Below, in pieces: positions 48,834 to 63,708 of a DNA stretch of 64,000 nt. Numbering within the stretch: position 1 is the first letter of the stretch; each line of letters opens with the position of its first letter. The translations under genes were made by a program, and so were the position numbers. The notes below the pieces were generated by a model. The model did not search any database. It worked only from the letters and a program-made list of their open reading frames with translations, and had not been told where the DNA came from. This stretch comes from Cirrosporium novae-zelandiae (Eukaryota): positions 372,001 to 436,000 of the forward strand of contig JAPETS010000028.1 of the NCBI GenBank assembly GCA_026023565.1, read 5' to 3'.

Positions 48834-49507
48834 GTCCCTTCTTGGGGTGAAGTGAAGGGATGTAGAGAATTTTATATACGTTCGTTATTGAGTCGGATCA
48901 CTTTGCTAAATTAATTGTTGTCACCCTTCGTATCTCAAGTAATATAAAAACTAAAAGAAAATAAAAAGTGAATGGGAAGCTCTTGAAGCAGGGTTTCACT
49001 GGTTGGGAGAGTGATTTGGTCTCTTATTTCGGGACTCGCAGCAAACGGTGACAGCCAGAAGGATGAAGCAATTTGCCTGCTCCGCCTGGAACCTACCTTA
49101 ACTATAAATTTGCCGACCAATAACTAGTGACATGATAATTAAATATCCTTTGATTACCACAATAAAATTACCATGACCTACCACCAGAATGATAAGATAC
49201 CGCCTAGAATTGGAGTTGATAGACTAGATATATTTCGTATTTCTTGTCATTGGAATCATTAAATCGACATAAGACATAGGACATAATTTGGATCGAAATC
49301 AATCCTCTCATTTCTCTATCCGAATTTGAAAATACTGCTCAACAGCAACCTCGTCAATGCTTATGGAAACATTCCAGTCATCTGCTTTTGCAAACACATC
49401 ACAAGCATCAAGCTCAGAGTATGTTTGATGGATATCGATATTGTACATGATGTTCGCGCAAAGCCAGGTGGCCTACACTTCCATCTCCGCCTCCCAAGCT
49501 CCAGCCA

Positions 49508-50778
<1,271 letters not shown>

Positions 50779-51806
50779 TTATAATTCCTGTAATAAGAAT
50801 TCCAAGACCGAGCCCTTTGAATTGGTGGGTTGATTGTAGGAAAAGTGGGTGGCGCACTCGGAGTTTGGTGGGTGATCCTAGGTTACAAGCCGAAGGAGTT
50901 GAGTAACAATTGGTGCCGGAGAAGAAAGCGGAGATCTAATATCGAGCAAAAATCGATGGAAAGGAGAGGAGAGTATTTATGGAGCACACAGTAAGAAAAT
51001 TGAGGAGAGCTGAGGGGTTCAGAGGAGAGGAGATGGAGTCTAGTTATTTGTAAAAAATGTGAGACGGCTTGACGTTTTGAGGTCGCCCTCGGTCCGGCAA
51101 GAAAGCCATGCTGCTGACCTTTGCTGCTTCATCTTGAATATCATTGGACAATTACCGAGAAACCTAGGGAATTTTTATCAGCGTCCAGTAAGTGATTACG
51201 GCTATCCAAATCCATCAAAGGCCATAGGTTCCACGGAGAAGACCACTATCAATAATAAAGGAAAGGAATTGGCTTCCTTATTGCGATAAAATATGAAGAC
51301 TGATTGGCTATTCTTAGAAATCCCTAGAAATCATATAGATAGCGTCTTTCAGTTGTGCTCTGAGGGTTACTTCTTGTTGAGGAATCTAGTAGTCCTCGTG
51401 CCCTTTAGGAATCTAGACTGACACGACTGGCCGCTAATTCCGAAGATCGGGGTCCCTTATCCGATAGAAGTTCGGATAGGAATTGTATTGTATCATGTAC
51501 TGTACTATCGTGATTCGTGAATATATATATCTGTGCTGAAAAGAACACCTGTACGTATATTATGAATTGAAATTTTCCATATGATATAATCCCGTCCTAC
51601 CTGCTTCTAAATTACTCTTATCACGTTGATTCCATGCCCATGTTCAAGAGTAACTGGAAGTCTATTTCAGCTATGTGACTTGCTTTGTTGACCGACCCTC
51701 ACCATGCATGGCGCCGTAAATGTGAACCCGTGGATATAGTTGTTGATGCCATTTAATTCGCCCCCTTTTCCCCTTTCCCTTTGAAAAATGTGAAACTGGT
51801 AACCAT

Positions 51807-52886
51807 TTACAATTGAACATCATTGTTCAGTAGTCTCACCTCTTCACCAGGCTTGAAGGCAGGTAGGCCAATATATGGACATCCGTCGCAGCGAAATGCA
51901 TCGCCAAGCGCACAGTTACCGCAACTTCCAACCTTTCCTTTGACTGTAAAGTCGATTTCGGCCAAATCGTCAGCTGCCAACTTCATTGTATTGAGCTCTG
52001 CATCGGCTTTGGTACGTTTGGCAGTATCTTCGGCAGCAAGCTTTTCAGCAAGACCACAGCTACAATCTTTGCAGGCACGTCGACGTTTTCCAGCCTTTGG
52101 GCGGCATTCAGGAGCTAATTTAGAATAGGCATTAGGTCCAGTGTAACGACTAGGGTGAATGTCTAACTCACGTATTACAATTGGACGAGCCATGTCTTCC
52201 TCATCCAGGAGAGTGTCTTCGTCAATTAATTCATCATCATCTTCTCCCTCAATAACTGGCTCGCCAAAGTCGTCACTAAAATCCACAAATTCAACGCTAG
52301 CTGGACGAAGCATCTCTGCTTTCTTATACCCATTGGAAACGGGTAGTGCTGTTGCCGCATTGCCATTTGTAACGGTCGTTGAATTATCTGTGGTCTTCTT
52401 CCTCTTTCCAAACCGTAGAGGAATAGCCTCCGTGGATGTATATTTCGATTTGGTCATGCCATCTCCTCCCTCGTCCACTAGACCAGCCAATATAGCCTCG
52501 GATCTTTCTTCTCCTTCTCTTGCAAAACTCCCATCCTGGCTCTTCAGTATTCCACCAGGCCGTAAAGATTCAACAATCTTCCTCAGAATATCCCTTCTGA
52601 TCAAGCTTCTACTTTCGTTTCGCGTGCTGTCTGCATCTGCTAAAATGATTACTAGGTCGTATGTAGAAACTGCAAGAGCCACGAGGCCTAGCGCTAGCCT
52701 ATCCAACATCTGTAGGTCTGTAACATCACGAAGATGGGATGAGAGAACATCATTCAACTTTTCAGGATGTGATGAGAGTGAGGGCGGAGATAGAAGTAGG
52801 GTTCGCTTGTTATTGGAGATGGTTGAGATGGGTTGTGATGTTGGGTTGAAATCGGCGGAGAGGTCAAGAGTGATTGCAGGTGACAT
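51807..52886 (-). CDS. DRE2: Fe-S cluster assembly protein Dre2 (anamorsin); intron 52171-52115
   Basis: N-terminal SAM-like domain, acidic linker [14 protein letters not shown]...[10 protein letters not shown] and [29 protein letters not shown]. Confidence 0.96.
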   Translation of the reverse strand: MSPAITLDLSADFNPTSQPISTISNNKRTLLLSPPSLSSHPEKLNDVLSSHLRDVTDLQMLDRLALGLVALAVSTYDLVIILADADSTRNESRSLIRRDILRKIVESLRPGGILKSQDGSFAREGEERSEAILAGLVDEGGDGMTKSKYTSTEAIPLRFGKRKKTTDNSTTVTNGNAATALPVSNGYKKAEMLRPASVEFVDFSDDFGEPVIEGEDDDELIDEDTLLDEEDMARPIVIRELDIHPSRYTGPNAYSKLAPECRPKAGKRRRACKDCSCGLAEKLAAEDTAKRTKADAELNTMKLAADDLAEIDFTVKGKVGSCGNCALGDAFRCDGCPYIGLPAFKPGEEVRLLNNDVQL

Positions 52887-54193
52887 GATCGTAAGGCTGT
52901 AAACAGTTGGCGAGTTGTTGAATGGCTAGTAGTAGAAATATCTTTATCTTGGGGGATATTCTACTTTCGAAAATAGTTTATTCAGAAAGGTAGAAAGTTT
53001 CCTTTGCTGTCATTGTCAAAGTCCGATTTTCGCATGCTTGATAATCCAAGCCAGTGAACGGATTACTTTGTGACCGATGGGGTTACGTTCCAATAATACC
53101 CTAGCGTAAGAAATGATGTAATGATGCCTTAGGGCTGAAACCTCGCAAAAGGATCCATGTCAAAGAGGGGGCGTTGGCGTTTAGTTAGGAAAGTGAGTGA
53201 TCGATCTTTGATTCTGAAAGGGGTTCGAATGGCTTTGTACTGTTACAACTTGTACAGTACAAGTAATATCAATATCAAATAGCTGCCACCTGGCAATAAC
53301 AGCGGCATTGTCATGATTGATCAATGGTAGAATTAAGTTTGCTATACACCCTACCACAGTTATTCCCTTTCAATAAATGATCGAGAGTCCTTCACTGGAT
53401 TCTTTGGCCCTCAAAGTAAAGTTGGTCACCATTCCCCTTTTTTACGAAACTCAATTGCCGCTATAGACTGAACTACATGGTACCTAGTCAACACAGTAGC
53501 TGTCGGAAAAATGTTACGAGTTCTCCATACGATAATTATAGTAAAGGTGCACAGAAAAAGCCAACAATAATAAACTAGATTACTCCTTACATTGGTATAG
53601 TAATGAATTTATCTATGAATAAGAAATGTTGAAGGGCCATTACGGGTAATAGTTGTAACTTGTGAGGTTGACAGCAGCCTCCTCTTAAAGGCCCCGCAAA
53701 AAGAAGATCCGGGGAAAACGTAAAGCCTCCCCGCCATGTGCAAGGACCAATTGCATCAGGAGCACGTGAGGGTATGGTGTTCTTCTATTCCCTTCCTCAC
53801 CTCATACTACGTATAGAGACCAGTTGCATCTTGACTTTCCATTCAACCTCTCTACGTTCCCCCCCACCCTACGCATCACTGATTCTTTTAATTACTACAT
53901 CAACTGCCCTCAATTGTGGGTAGCCGTAAAGCCCATTTGGATTAAGAGACATCTTTCTTTGAGGTACGTGGCTGCTTTGAATGGACACACCCGGAGGCTA
54001 CCGCAGCAAGGGACTGGAGCTTTGGCCAATTAAGTCACACGACTTCGTCTCAAATGACTTGAACTGACATTTACCAACCTTTCCATCCAACAGATCAATC
54101 TCTTCCAGAAACAAATCACTCACATCAATTCAACTACATCTTTCGATCCTGTTAACCATTCGGCTGATCATCCACCCTCCATCCATATCAATC

Positions 54194-54847
54194 AGTGAGT
54201 CTCCTGATCTGCAGCTTTAATATCATCTTCCTTTGTTCGATCTCATCCAGGTTTCACCATATCTTGAACGTCAATCAGACATACTTTCCAGTCCATTCAA
54301 TTTACTATCCAAATTTCAAAATCCGTAACTTGATTCGTACGCTAATCACAGTATGCACAGTGACTCGCACCCACAAGCTTAACGACCGTGACCATGCTGG
54401 TCTTGCCGATGGCTCGGCGGCACCTGAGGAGCATTTGCCTCGTTACTTCGCTAAGTCCGGTCATGTTGACATGGACCCCAAGAAGACTAAGAAAGAAGGT
54501 GGAGGCAAAGGCAATTGGTACACATCCTCCTTCCTATTAACGTCAAATAACCTAAGCTAACCAATGCTTTATCCCATAGGGGCCGTGACGGCGATGAGGT
54601 TCAGGACATGGGATATAACATGACCAATGCTCGTCGTCGGTCCAACAGCAGCACTCATGCCCATTCCATCGCCGACTTCAAGACCAAATTTGAAACCATC
54701 GATCCTGATCCAGTCTTCGAAGAAGAACTTCATGGACCTCTAGCTGAAAGTGAGGAAGAACATATAGGACATGAAAAAGATGCTTCTACAGACAGTAGCA
54801 ACTCGATTGGAAGCGTGGAAGAAGAAGGCGAAGGGAAGAAGGTTTAG
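54194..54847 (+). CDS. Stf2/Tma10-like small hydrophilic stress protein; ATG split by intron 54195-54360; second intron ~54518-54579
   Basis: A|TG-TRTHKLNDRDH, PRYFAKSG, DPKKTKKEGGGKGNW-GRDGDE, NARRRSNSS and KTKFE. Confidence 0.85.
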
Positions 54848-55773
54848 ACATTCTAGTAAACGCTGCTGTTGCTGGCCGGGAGTACTGACGCCTTTTCACT
54901 CTCTATGCTTCAATCTTCTCCACCAGGGTCACGTGGCGTAGAAGGTGTACCGGAGGCTTGTGTGCTAAACATGGTTAGGAATGATGAATAAAATGCCTTT
55001 TTCGGCAGTCATGTTTGATGAATCTATTGCTCATGTTCCTCCGTGTTATTGTTTTGCAGGAACTTTGTGCATTTAATACATCAAAAAAGAAATAAGATTT
55101 TTCTTAAATTCAGGAATCTATCCGTTTGTCACCGTGGTGCCACGTTGTCCTGGCTGCAATGTTTCTGAGTTTACTTTAGAAGGCTTCTACCATAAAAAAT
55201 TGTTGAACCAGGATTATAAATACTGCCCATTCCGTAGTTGTAGGTTTTGTAAGATGCGCTTAGGATAAAAACAATCTTGGGCAAAATTCATTGACTGCCA
55301 AATAGCTGTTTCATTGTCGCATCCATTTATCGATGAGATCGTACTGCGCGTGCCGCGAGGAAACGAAGAGCTGCCAGCGATGGTCAAGTACCTCGGTCAC
55401 GACCATAAATCATTATCACAAAGGGACCAGTCTGCCTATTTCATCGGGGTCGCACTTGGCTCAGATCTGAGTTCTGGTTTCGAAAATTTTGAGGTTTTCT
55501 GAAGAATAGTAGTTAGTTAATATAGGTTCGACGATGGTTTGCAAAAAGAAAGTGGAGTTTGTGAATGTAAAATGATTAGAAGATGCTCGGAGCGTCGCAG
55601 AGCTATTAGAGACTAGCGTCAAATCTGGGCTGGGTAATACTTTCTACCAGAATCAACAAAGTATCAGAGCTACTGTTGCAAAGCCTTACACCTTCAACCA
55701 AATCTTTCACCTTACATTTGAGTTGTCCGTGCCTGGCATATATTTACAACTGAGCGCATCTGCGCCAATAACC

Positions 55774-58700
55774 ATGTTCTCCCCTGATGTCACCGTTCAC
55801 GCAGGCGGCCCTTTACTTCGAAATCCTCGACGACGTCAGCGCCATCACTCGGAAGATTCGATTAAGTCAACACGGGGAACCAAACGAACGAAAATAACCA
55901 AGAATACATTCATCGAATCACCCAAGGATCATGAACCTCATGATAACCATCAGGAGCCTGCTCGAGAGGTAGCGCCAAAGGCTAACGGGCATGTCGAATC
56001 TCTAAGGAGCTCAAAAGAGGTCGCTCCTGATGTTACTACACTTACTTTGAGAGGGCCTCGAAAACATGAAAAGAGGTCAGGGAAAAGCGACAATAGCATG
56101 ACTCTGGTTAGGAAATAATTATAAAACTCGATCATGGATGTTGAGCTGACTGACGATAGTGCAAAACCGACTACTATACTGTCTCATCCTTACCTGCGCT
56201 GCCAGACCGCTTGCGCCACGAGAAAATTGGTATGAAACCTACCTAAAGCTTTGCACTTATAGTAGCTGATTGCTTCTAGATCCTTTGAGAGCATACTTTT
56301 CCGCTGAATATGGCTACGCGTTGGCGCTGACCACGACACATGCACTTATATGGAAATATGGATCATCAGCCTCTTCACCCGAAACCTGCTATCTTTCGTT
56401 ACCCTATGCCTCAAATGACGTGTCCGATCCATTGCCTCTAGGAGCATTTACGTCAAGAGTTTCAAGTCGGGAACCCGGGTTGGTAGTGATTTGGCCTCGT
56501 ACTGGCAAGGTTGTTTACTGGGAGACGATTTCAAGTGCAGCTACGGAAGGATTGATGCGACCTAAACAATCTGGCGTACAAGGCTCCGTCGGTGGCCTAT
56601 TCTACAGCGAAAGAATAACCGGTATTACCGCGGCGGAACCAGCAGGGTTCATCATAACACTTAACAGCGGTCGACTAGTTCATCTGAACGTTAGGGATTC
56701 GCAAGGCAGAGCTGCTATCAATACTCAATTTCTGGAGAATGCTACAAGTAGCTTTTTAGGGAGCCTTAAAAACATCTTACCTGGACAAGGTTTACGTCGA
56801 GACATAGTTGCGGTCAGAGCAGGACAAACTCGACAAAAGGGACAATGCGATGTAATAACGGCAACGTCTACGGGGCATTTCCAGATCTGGGACGTACACT
56901 GGAGCGGGAATAGCAAATTAGACACGGAGGCCATTGCGGAAAATGATATACTGGAAGCTCTAAAGCAGACTATGCGCTCAACTGAAGCGGAACAAGAAGC
57001 GAAGCTCCAGTTGTTAGACTTCTGTTGTATCAAATCCCCAGGCCGCAATATTGAGATGATCAGATCCGGTGAGCCTTCATCGACAAGACTTTTACTGTTG
57101 ACGGGTTTTTCGAATATGGAATCGACTAGGTACAGCCTCTTAGAGGTAACTATATCACACGGAGCTTTTGCAATCGATGTCGTCCATCCTTTGAGCTGTT
57201 ACACGAAAAGGCTGGCATCTCTCCAGACTTGGACGCCTCGAGTCTATCTTCCTAGTGGAAACGATCCTTCAAACCCTGGACAAATGGCTTTTGTGATATT
57301 CGAAACCGCAATTTGCTTCATGTCTCTCGCTAGAGCCGAGGAATCTCCCGAAGCACAGCTGTTAATGGGCTCTCAAGGACCACCAGCTCCTTTCCACGAT
57401 AAGGTGGAATTCCGCCACGACACCAATATCAGTGTCATTGGTTGTGGAGAGGAGGACGTTAGCGAAGGACATAGGTTCCCATCTGTTGTACTTATGCTAC
57501 ATAATTTTGGAGTTGTAAGGATAGCATCTTTCCCGATCAAAGGAGACCTCGAATCTCTCCAAGGAGCCAAAATATCCGCAAAAAGCAAGATAGAACAAGC
57601 TATATTTTATGGAACACGACCAGAAAACCCCCTTGATTTTTCAATTCCAGAGGAAGTATTGTTCGCACAGGATGAAGTTGAAACGGCAGCTCTCGCTATA
57701 AGTGATGAGATTTTAAGATCTTCTTCTAGCTTTATTCCAACTTTTATGCCCTCCATTGGCCATCAATTAAAACTACGCGCCACAGCACTCAGAGATTTGG
57801 TGCTTTATCTCCGAAAAAACTTCCCTCCTTTTTCAAGACTGGCAAAGTGGAAACTTCTATGGAATAGCGAGAGGATAGCGACTGCTAGGGCCATCTGGAA
57901 GAGCTATGAGGCTATGGATCGGGAAACGAACACAGAAACTGTTGTTCTTCTTCCTCAGTTAATGGCATACCTTAGTGATGGTTCGAAAACTCTGCCCTCT
58001 CCGGAATTGGACGAAACCGACCAGCTCCGACTGTACTTTATATATGATATTTGGCGAATTGACGACTTAATGCCATGGCCATTCAAAACGGTATCGGAAC
58101 TCTACAGGGATGGGACTAAGGAACCGGCTATCGTTGCGCGGCTTTTCACGGAAGCTAACGACATCACCTTAGCTTTGCTGGAAACCATGTATCAATTTCG
58201 TCAAGAGAATGTCAAGATGTATGGCCTTGAAGATGAAGTTATTGTAGATGGAGTTCTACGGGAGAACTACGAAGGTCTCCCACCATTTTGGGGAGAAAAC
58301 ATTCTGCACGTCATGATGATCAAAAAACACGTTGATTTTGTGGAAGACTATCCACTAAAGTACTGGGGGAAGGAACCCAGAGAAGGCGATCCCAACCCCA
58401 AACATATCCAAAAGCTTGTGCATCAACTTCCCCGACTTATCAAAGTATGCGCCCAAGTCTACTTGGAACACATTGGGTGGTGCATGGTTCAGGACGACGT
58501 AAAACTGAAAAACGAGGCTGAACATTTCGCCAATGAACTCGTCGAGTGCAGCAGGGTACAGATCACGAAGCTTGTTGGATTTGATTTGGTTACGGAAGCA
58601 ATTCAACTAGCTGAGCGAAATAAAGACATGAAAACATTGGTCGAAGTTGTTCATGAGGCAGCAAGCGAAGCTACTCTTAAAGCTCAGCAGCCTAGTCTGA

Positions 58701-60010
58701 GTGCTGAAGAGGATGATTTAATCCAATCGAAAATCGAATCACTTGAAAGTCGTATCGAGAATTTCTTCATCAAATACGGTGATTGCTGGGCTAAAGCTTA
58801 CTTCGAAAAACTCATTGAACAAGGTCAGTTGAGTGACCTTCTAGATGAAGCTGTGGCAGGCGGACGAAAAGCTTTTGCGACCAAATTCCTACGGAGTAAA
58901 CCAGCATATGCTAAGCTCAGCTGGATAAACGACGTTACTACGGAGCATGATTACCGTTACGCTTCTACCACATTGGAACAAGTTGCAATTCATCAAGAGA
59001 CTGACTTGTGGAGCAAGAAAGTCGAATTGAGTATGGCCAAACTTGCACGTCTAGCAGCGACCGAAGGCCTCAAGAATGCCGATCCGATTACCGAACAAAA
59101 CCACATCCAAAAATACGACAAGCAATTTGCCTTGGTTGATATACAGCAAATGCTGTATAACCATCTTCGCCCAGTATTTTACACTGCGATTGATGAAAGG
59201 GCCGAAATCGACCTAGCTGTTGAACAGTTTGCTAAGTATATTGTAAAAGGAAAACCTACATTGCATAAGATTCTTGAACAAGGGCTCGGAAATGTTGTTT
59301 CTCGTGAAGTGATGACGGTGGACTTGCTAGTTGATGTCCTTACATTGATGGACCCTGCCGATCTCGCCATAGCATCCAAAATTACTGGCCATGAATTTTT
59401 TATGGCTTTGCGGACATTAGAGCTAAGCGGTCTAGCGGATTCTGATCCAGCACATCATGACTTGCTGGCAAAGATCATCTGGAGGCGCTGTCTGATCCGG
59501 GACGACTGGGAAGAAATTTATAAGCTAGATTTCAAAGGCGACAACAAGTTCGCCGACGTTGCTGGGGGGTTGGTGCTATTCAAGACCCTAAAAGAAATCG
59601 AGGAGCATAGTAAGTCCAAAACATTAACCAGCTATAGGCTTTAGACTTATTCTTACCTTTTTATAGGACTTTTGGATGGCTCCGGTGCCTTGAAAGTACT
59701 ATCTCCAGATGACGTCGTTGGTGCTGGCTGTTCACCGGAAGAGCTTGAGGTGTATTTCGACAAAAACGAGATGGACCTTTGTCTTCCTCTGGCACATGAT
59801 TTGAACCGTGAGGACCGAGTTCTCAAGAAGTATATGCAAAAGGGACGACTAGCCAAATGGTTCGAGGCAATTAAGGATGGAGCTAGGACCGCTGTGAGGG
59901 AAGAAGCAGACCATGTTGGCGAGGAAGCAAGAAGGGTCCAGTCACTTAGAGCAGAGGTCGATGGAGGGATAAGAGCCAGGGATGGTTATCCACTACCCAT
60001 TCGTCCTTAG
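55774..60010 (+). CDS. NUP133: Nucleoporin Nup133; 3 introns (~56107-56159, ~56230-56279, ~59610-59667)
   Basis: LRNPRRRQR N-terminus, EPGLVVIWPRTGKVVYWETIS, SKIEQAIFYG...NPLDF, KLSWINDV, DLWSKKVELSMAKLA and IWRRCLIRDDW. Confidence 0.92.
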
Positions 60011-61011
60011 AGAATTGGATTAGAATCCCCAAGCAACAAAAAAATGGAGAACTAGGGCGGTTTTCGACTTCGGGGTCCACAGTGTTGGCGCAAAAGGATT
60101 GTTTGAAAGGGCATTTGTTCTATTGACAGAATTGAAGTGCGGAGTGATTATACTTCTACGCTAATGCGAAGCAAGAAATACAAAGCGTGGCGATGATACC
60201 CATGTTGGTGATTTGAAGGAGAGAAGCGGCAATAGGATTTGGATGATTGACCAATGGGTGCATCGTGTGGTTTTCTTTAGCCGTTTGTACCCTTAACTCT
60301 ACTATGTAAATGAATGCAGAAAACTACAGGAATCTTGTTATTGGGTAATTAATTGCGGGTGATGATTCACAGGGTACTTGATGTAAATCATATTAAACAG
60401 AAGGGATGACGAATTGGATATTGGATGAGATGATATACTTGGGGGTGAATTATAGGATGCAGGTAATTTAGGATTTTGGTGGCCTGAACCTGCGGTATAA
60501 AAAGCTGGGGAAATTGAGTATCGGGAGAATGCAGAGAATGTAGAATTTAGAGAGCTTGAAGTGGGTTACCCTTTTTCCGCAGCAACCAATTGAATTTGGA
60601 ACAGGGCAGTTTTTGGACCAAGTCACACAAAGGGGGGGCTGAGTGGATAGGAGGGTGTCGTTGGTAACCTGAGGTATCTTGACTGTCTGTCTGTCTGTCT
60701 GTGCCCTGAATGAAGATGGAAAAAATACAAGTTAGTTAAGGGGAATGAAGATGAGCTGTCGTATTTTTTATTACAGCATTACCTAACTCCTATCATCTCC
60801 TGGTTTTCTATCTGGAGGAGGCCGATACGGGAATAGCGGGTGGAAATTATTGCCTGGAAGACCTGGAAATACAAATTGCACCTGAAGAGAAGCGGAAACA
60901 ATATTGGTGGATAACACCATGTAATAATAATATGTTGTCCTACTATTCTATTTGTCTCTTGTTAATCTTCTTAGTTTTGATTTCTCGTCTCTCTCGAGTG
61001 TGGTTGGCCAG

Positions 61012-61085
61012 GGTCACAGAGAGTCGCAGAGAAGTCGCAGAGAAGTCGCAGAGTCGCAGAGTCGCAGTGTCGCAGTGTCGCAGTG
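61012..61085. repeat. Tandem degenerate repeat of GTCGCAG(A/T), 7-11 nt units, about 8 copies
   Basis: Seen directly: gtcacagagagtcgcagagaagtcgcagagaagtcgcagagtcgcagagtcgcagtgtcgcagtgtcgcagtg. Confidence 0.85.
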
Positions 61086-62145
61086 TTTCCAACGCCAACG
61101 CCACGACAAAGCAGCTATGATTGACAGCCAGTGACAGGGACAGATGACTGTAGGTTCGGACCAGGTTCAATTCTGGTTTATTATTTTATGTTTTAGGCCA
61201 AGAAATGACCTTGGAAGTCTTTAGTCCTGTTTAGCACTATTCTAGTCCTCTTTAATCGCAATTAGAACCAAATTAGCATGGTCCCCATGATTAGTGAAGC
61301 TACAGACCCATTTCCCAACGCCAAATTCCAAATTCTGCCAAACTCCGGCAAAACCCATCTTTGGTCCGTCCCTCGATCAACTTCTCATTCAAACCAAATT
61401 CCACAACTTGTAGTTTACTTACTTACTCTCTTACTCTAGAGTACCGGAATCTTTTCATTTCCTCAACCTGACCCCCATCTACTCTCGCCATTCACCCCCC
61501 CAATCCATTATCTTTTTGAAGGCCTTCCTTTCCCTCAGGTTTATTCCTGCCTGTTGCAACAAGAATCCCCCCCCCCCCCAGTTTCCGCTTCCCTCTAATT
61601 TGCGATTAAACTTCCGAGCTTCATCGCCCTGAGTGGACTTAAACACACCCCCGTTACTCTTTCTTGCAACAAAAATAAAGAAAGCCTTCTCCTCAACACC
61701 CGAGCCGGTAACGCCTGAATGTCATTATTATTGGCTTCGACTCTTTGATATGGTCTATGGCTATTTGAGAATAATCTTGGGAAATACATATTCGCTGGGG
61801 GTTTGACCTCCTTTTGAGAACCTTGGGGTCTTAACAACACTCGGGGAACGTCCGTCAACAGCTGAGGCCCTTTATTACCTACGCCTGGTGAGTCGGGATT
61901 TATTCTACAGGAAACATTACCTAACCATAACAATACCTTTTCTTGAATTGACTTTCCCTGATCGAAATATTCAAGACGAAGCTTTCACAGCGTCCTAGCC
62001 GATTGGTACCTGAATATGCTCAGCTGACCGCTTCAATATATAGTCCCGATAGTAGCCTCCCATTTGCCAACATTCAAGCAAGCCGGATCTGCTTGTTGTA
62101 TAATTATCTTCCAAGGGAAACTATTCGCTATAATACATCGCTCCC

Positions 62146-63708
62146 ATGGCGTCCTCTTCCTCATCCAATGTGGTCGGCGTACACTACCGCGTGGGCAAGA
62201 AAATTGGGGAGGGCTCGTTCGGTGTCATTTTCGAGGGGACCAACTTGCTCAATGCCCAGCAGGTTGCAATCAAATTCGTACGTTGTTGGACACTGTCTGT
62301 ACGAGTTTCGAACAATACTAACGGTCATTCTTCTAGGAACCACGAAAGAGTGATGCACCACAGTTAAGAGATGAATATCGAACATACAAGATTCTCGTTG
62401 GTTGCCGTATGTCAAACCTCCATATCATTTGCTATCACATCATTAACCTCTCACAGCTGGTATTCCTAATGTCTACTACTTTGGCCAAGAAGGTCTTCAT
62501 AATATCTTGGTCATTGATCTTCTTGGACCCAGTCTTGAGGATTTGTTTGATCATTGCAACCGGAGATTCTCCATTAAGACCGTTGTAATGGTCGCCAAAC
62601 AGATGGTAAGTTCATTGAATATTCAGTTCTCGTATATGTTTTGACAAAGTTATTAGCTTTCGCGAGTACAAACAATCCATGAGAAGAATCTCATCTATCG
62701 TGATATTAAGCCAGACAATTTCCTTATTGGTAGACCTAACACCAAATCCGCAAATGTTATCCATGTTGTCGATTTTGGTATGGCCAAACAGTACCGAGAC
62801 CCAAAGACCAAGCAACATATACCTTATCGTGAACGGAAGTCGCTTTCGGGAACTGCCAGATATATGAGTATCAATACACATCTTGGAAGGGAACAAAGTC
62901 GAAGAGATGATCTTGAAGCGCTTGGACATGTGTTCATGTATTTCCTCAGGGGTGGATTGCCATGGCAAGGCTTGAAGGCGGCGACCAACAAGCAAAAGTA
63001 TGAGAAAATCGGAGAGAAGAAGCAAACTACTGCCATCAAGGATCTATGTGATGGTTTTCCAGGTATGTACCGTCTCGATACTAAATTAGGTTATGATTCT
63101 AACATGAGATTCCAGAGGAATTCAACAAGTACCTGAGCTACGTGCGAAACCTCGGCTTTGAAGATACTCCGGACTATGATTATCTCAGAGACCTATTCAC
63201 GCAAGCACTAAAGAACACCGGAGAAGTCGAAGACGGAGAGTACGATTGGATGAAGCTTAATGGTGGACGAGGCTGGGATGCCGTCAAACAGCACCCATCT
63301 CAACACCATTTACATCAAGCCAATGCACAGCCAAATTCTTCTGCCCGAGAACTCCATGGAACACCACGTGGACAGACACCAGCTGTGACTGCTGCTCGTT
63401 TAAACGCCGCGCAGCCCCCGCCTCCATCTCCAGCCAAGCCTGGAGTGGGCAAAACGCGCGACCGGCCAAACGCCTCCGGCGTGCCAGCGGTAAAGCGTCA
63501 GAGCGGAGCGGCGGGGGGCCTCGATGCGGTAACACCCACGGCGTCGACACAAGCGCAATTCCAGAACTCCAATGCAAATCTGCCTCACAGGATGACTCAG
63601 CAATCGGGCATGGCGCAGGCGTCAGCTCAGCAAACTTCAAGGCAGAACTCGGAACAGAAACCCACGTTCATGCAGAAGCTCATGAAGGCTCTATGCTGCG
63701 GTAAATAA
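62146..63708 (+). CDS. Casein kinase I, membrane-anchored Yck1/Yck2 type; 4 coding introns
   Basis: [60 protein letters not shown] and C-terminal LCCGK palmitoylation signal. Confidence 0.96.

Noticed and set aside
52159..52902. 247-aa plus-strand ORF and other long antisense ORFs (4949-5392, 17842-18441, 30298-30789, 34197-34769, 37481-37993)
   Set aside because: They are shadows of real genes on the opposite strand, with low-complexity translations and no motifs.
53165..53240. tRNA-like A-box/B-box pattern (TGGCGTTTAGTTAGG ... GGTTCGAAT)
   Set aside because: The T-arm does not pair, and no acceptor or anticodon stem can be formed.
61012..61085. CRISPR-like repeat array
   Set aside because: Eukaryotic context; 7-11 nt units with no unique spacers and no cas genes.
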